Of a stretch of DNA of 745 nucleotides, positions 1 through 745 are shown piece by piece. Positions within the stretch are counted from its first letter, which is position 1. Each line of letters starts with the position of its first letter. The position numbers were made by a program, and so were the translations under genes. Where the stretch lies: positions 1 to 745 of the forward strand of contig JBMFRC010000050.1 of NCBI GenBank assembly GCA_049968235.1, written 5' to 3'. The notes below the pieces were generated by a model. It was not told the origin of the DNA, searched no databases, and saw only the letters and a list, made by a program, of their open reading frames with translations. Source of the stretch: Candidatus Hydrogenedens sp. Lineage in GTDB: Bacteria; Hydrogenedentota; Hydrogenedentia; Hydrogenedentales; Hydrogenedentaceae.

Positions 1-745
1 TTAATTTCCTTTTAAGATAAATGGAAAGCAAACTTCTTAATTTTACAATTTCATGCATCATACCTATGGGAAAGGCACCAGAACCAACCGCTGGGTCGCA
101 TACCTTTATATCAGCAAGTAATCTGTCAATTTCTTCTGCATTTTTAATTATGCTTTCAGGCATTTTATGTTCATACTTTGTTTCTTTTTGTTCACCTCTT
201 TCAATCTTGTTTTTCTTTTCAAGGGCAGTTCTTTCATACTCTAAAATTAAATCTGCATATTTTACAAATTTCTCAATATCTTCCCTTCTTACTTTTCCAC
301 TTAGTTCCGTTTCAAGATAATTTATCAAACTCTCTTGGCACATATAATGGACAATCTCTCTTGGTGTATAATAGACACCATATTCTTTGTTGAATTTTGT
401 CTCTTCGCCCTTTTTACCTGATTTTAAAACTTTTACATATTCATCAAAATTATCCGGACGAATGGCATTCAGTTTTTCATAGATTTTTCCGAGTAGTTCA
501 GGGTCAAGGGCAACTTCTTTTTCAAGTGGTTCTTCTTCATTAACTGTGAAATTATATCTGTCAAAAACATCAAGGATGCCGTCTCCGATATCACCTTCTT
601 TTGTTCTGTTTGAATTTGAGAAAAGTTCATTTGGTAAAAGAATATCAACATCAACCCAGTCAAAATTATTTAATGGGTCAAAAAGCCCACCATTTAAAAA
701 AGGAATTTTACAATTAAATCTGCTGTAATAATGATCATCTGCTCC
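1..745 (-). CDS. Internal fragment (partial at both ends) of a large N6-adenine DNA methyltransferase-domain protein, of Eco57I-like / type IIG restriction-modification / BREX PglX-like architecture. Codons are phased so that 745-743 is codon 1 of the fragment; the frame stays open through position 2. Translation: GADDHYYSRFNCKIPFLNGGLFDPLNNFDWVDVDILLPNELFSNSNRTKEGDIGDGILDVFDRYNFTVNEEEPLEKEVALDPELLGKIYEKLNAIRPDNFDEYVKVLKSGKKGEETKFNKEYGVYYTPREIVHYMCQESLINYLETELSGKVRREDIEKFVKYADLILEYERTALEKKNKIERGEQKETKYEHKMPESIIKNAEEIDRLLADIKVCDPAVGSGAFPIGMMHEIVKLRSLLSIYLKRKL
   Basis: Manual reverse complement and translation show 248 consecutive sense codons with no stop. The other two minus frames reach stops within the first ~20 codons (TAA at codon 17 in frame 2, TGA at codon 3 in frame 3). 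Codon choice is coherent with a low-GC genome (AAA, GAA, AAT, TTT, ATT dominate). Canonical amino-MTase motif X (GVYYTP) and motif I (DPAVGSGAF) occur in the expected order and spacing class. No in-frame Met sits near the 745 end and no stop near the 1 end, so both termini lie outside the window. Confidence 0.9.
62..103 (-). other. Methyltransferase motif I (VCDPAVGSGAFPIG), the D/E-P-A-x-G-x-G AdoMet-binding glycine loop
   Basis: Codons 215-228. A hydrophobic beta-strand residue followed by DPAxGSGxF is the classic FxGxG/motif I signature (canonical form DPACGSGxFL). The local GC rise in + coordinates 61-100 is explained by the Pro/Ala/Gly codons of this motif. Confidence 0.85.
104..313 (-). 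other. Lys/Glu-rich, predicted helical insertion between motif X and motif I (ETELSGKVRREDIEKFVKYADLILEYERTALEKKNKIERGEQKETKYEHKMPESIIKNAEEIDRLLADIK)
   Basis: Codons 145-214. Charged residues recur with an i/i+3/i+4 pattern and there are no Pro or Gly runs. The ~85-residue gap between YYTP and DPAxGSG is far longer than the ~30 residues recalled for classical type I HsdM, which is my reason for assigning the Eco57I-like / type IIG / PglX branch. Confidence 0.55.
341..379 (-). other. Methyltransferase motif X (GVYYTPREIVHYM), the N-terminal helix/loop that contacts AdoMet in gamma-class N6-adenine MTases
   Basis: Codons 123-135 of the minus-frame translation. G-x-(Y/F)-(Y/F)-T-P followed by a hydrophobic helix matches the GxFYTP/GxYYTP motif of HsdM, Eco57I-family, MmeI-like and PglX proteins. 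Confidence 0.8.
461..574 (-). other. HsdM-N-like block: LDVFDRYNFTVNEEEP...DPELLGKIYEKLNAI (hydrophobic/acidic patch followed by the LGxxYExLL motif)
   Basis: Codons 58-95. The pattern 'F..Y.F...E.....D.xLGxxYExLL' precedes motif X in type I HsdM (recalled form DLLGDAYEYLL) and in type IIG/PglX-family proteins. Here it reads VALDPELLGKIYEKL. Confidence 0.65.
680..700 (-). other. FLNGGLF motif (codons 16-22)
   Basis: Seen directly in the translation. I recall an (F/Y)-L-N-G-G-L-F motif as conserved upstream of the MTase core in Eco57I-like / type IIG / PglX-type proteins. This is from memory and needs confirmation by profile search. Confidence 0.5.

Noticed and set aside
61-100. Local GC spike (~48% vs ~32% window average) that could suggest an inserted element or structured RNA
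   Set aside because: It coincides exactly with the codons for the Pro/Ala/Gly-rich motif I (DPAVGSGAFPIG). The composition is dictated by the amino acids.
21-320. Plus-strand ORF 21..320 (99 aa: MESKLLNFTISCIIPMGKAPEPTAG...), hydrophobic and Ser/Phe/Leu-rich; it could be mistaken for a small membrane protein
   Set aside because: It is the antisense shadow of the methyltransferase gene. The Phe/Ser/Leu/Ile richness is the complement of the Lys/Glu/Asn-rich sense codons (AAA/GAA/AAT become TTT/TTC/ATT). It has no RBS-like context and low-complexity composition, and it lies fully inside a conserved-motif-bearing gene on the opposite strand.
341-372. Plus-strand TATAAT hexamers (343-348 and 367-372, the latter preceded by TG), resembling sigma70 -10 elements that could drive antisense transcription
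   Set aside because: In a 32%-GC coding region such hexamers occur by chance. There is no matching -35 at correct spacing and no downstream + strand gene. I do not call it a promoter.
178-393. Plus-strand ORF 178..393 (71 aa, MFLFVHLFQSCFSF...)
   Set aside because: Same reasoning: an antisense artefact across the K/E-rich spacer of the real gene. The ORF crosses MTase motif X on the opposite strand.
469-663. Minus-strand ORF 469..663 (64 aa, MTGLMLIFFYQMNF...)
   Set aside because: It is on the correct strand but in the +1 register relative to the 248-codon motif-bearing frame (745-663 = 82, not divisible by 3). It is embedded within the real frame, and the real frame carries the conserved LGKIYEKL motif across the same nucleotides.
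546-728. Plus-strand ORF 546..728 (60 aa)
   Set aside because: Antisense to the NGGLF/HsdM-like block of the real gene. It is short and has no supporting signal.
1-745. Search for phase-variation tracts (homopolymers or SSRs), which are common in type IIG/type III MTase genes of low-GC pathogens
   Set aside because: The longest homopolymer is 6 nt (696-701, A6) and the only short repeat is (TTC)3 at 531-539, encoding EEE. Neither meets the usual length for slipped-strand switching. If phase variation exists it is outside this window.
1-745. CRISPR repeats, tRNA/rRNA/ncRNA, terminators, IS ends or inverted repeats
   Set aside because: I found no direct repeats of 20 nt or longer with spacers, no tRNA-like cloverleaf segments, and no GC-rich stem followed by a T-run outside coding context. 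The short palindromes present (TGATCA 732-737, TCCGGA 453-458) are ordinary 6-mers. The window is entirely coding.

Overview
This 745-bp window (about 32% GC by hand count) has no intergenic DNA; it lies wholly inside one large gene on the minus strand. Reverse-complementing and translating from position 745 gives an uninterrupted 248-codon frame, with no stop codon between 745 and 2. The supplied ORF track misses this frame because the gene's start and stop lie outside the window and the track only lists Met-to-stop ORFs. The other two minus frames hit stops within about 20 codons. The translation carries, in N-to-C order, an NGGLF motif, an HsdM-like 'Y.F...E...D.ELLGKIYEKL' block, N6-adenine methyltransferase motif X (GVYYTPREIVHYM), a roughly 70-residue Lys/Glu-rich spacer, and motif I, the AdoMet-binding loop (VCDPAVGSGAFPIG). 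Motif X preceding motif I with a long gap is the gamma-class arrangement typical of the Eco57I-like family, which includes type IIG/IIL restriction-modification enzymes and BREX PglX. I read this as the junction between the helical-linker region and the methyltransferase domain of a large fused defence enzyme from a low-GC host. The four ORFs in the supplied track appear to be antisense or out-of-frame artefacts. Whether the gene sits in a novel system cannot be judged from an internal 745-bp fragment; what to test in the flanks is stated below.
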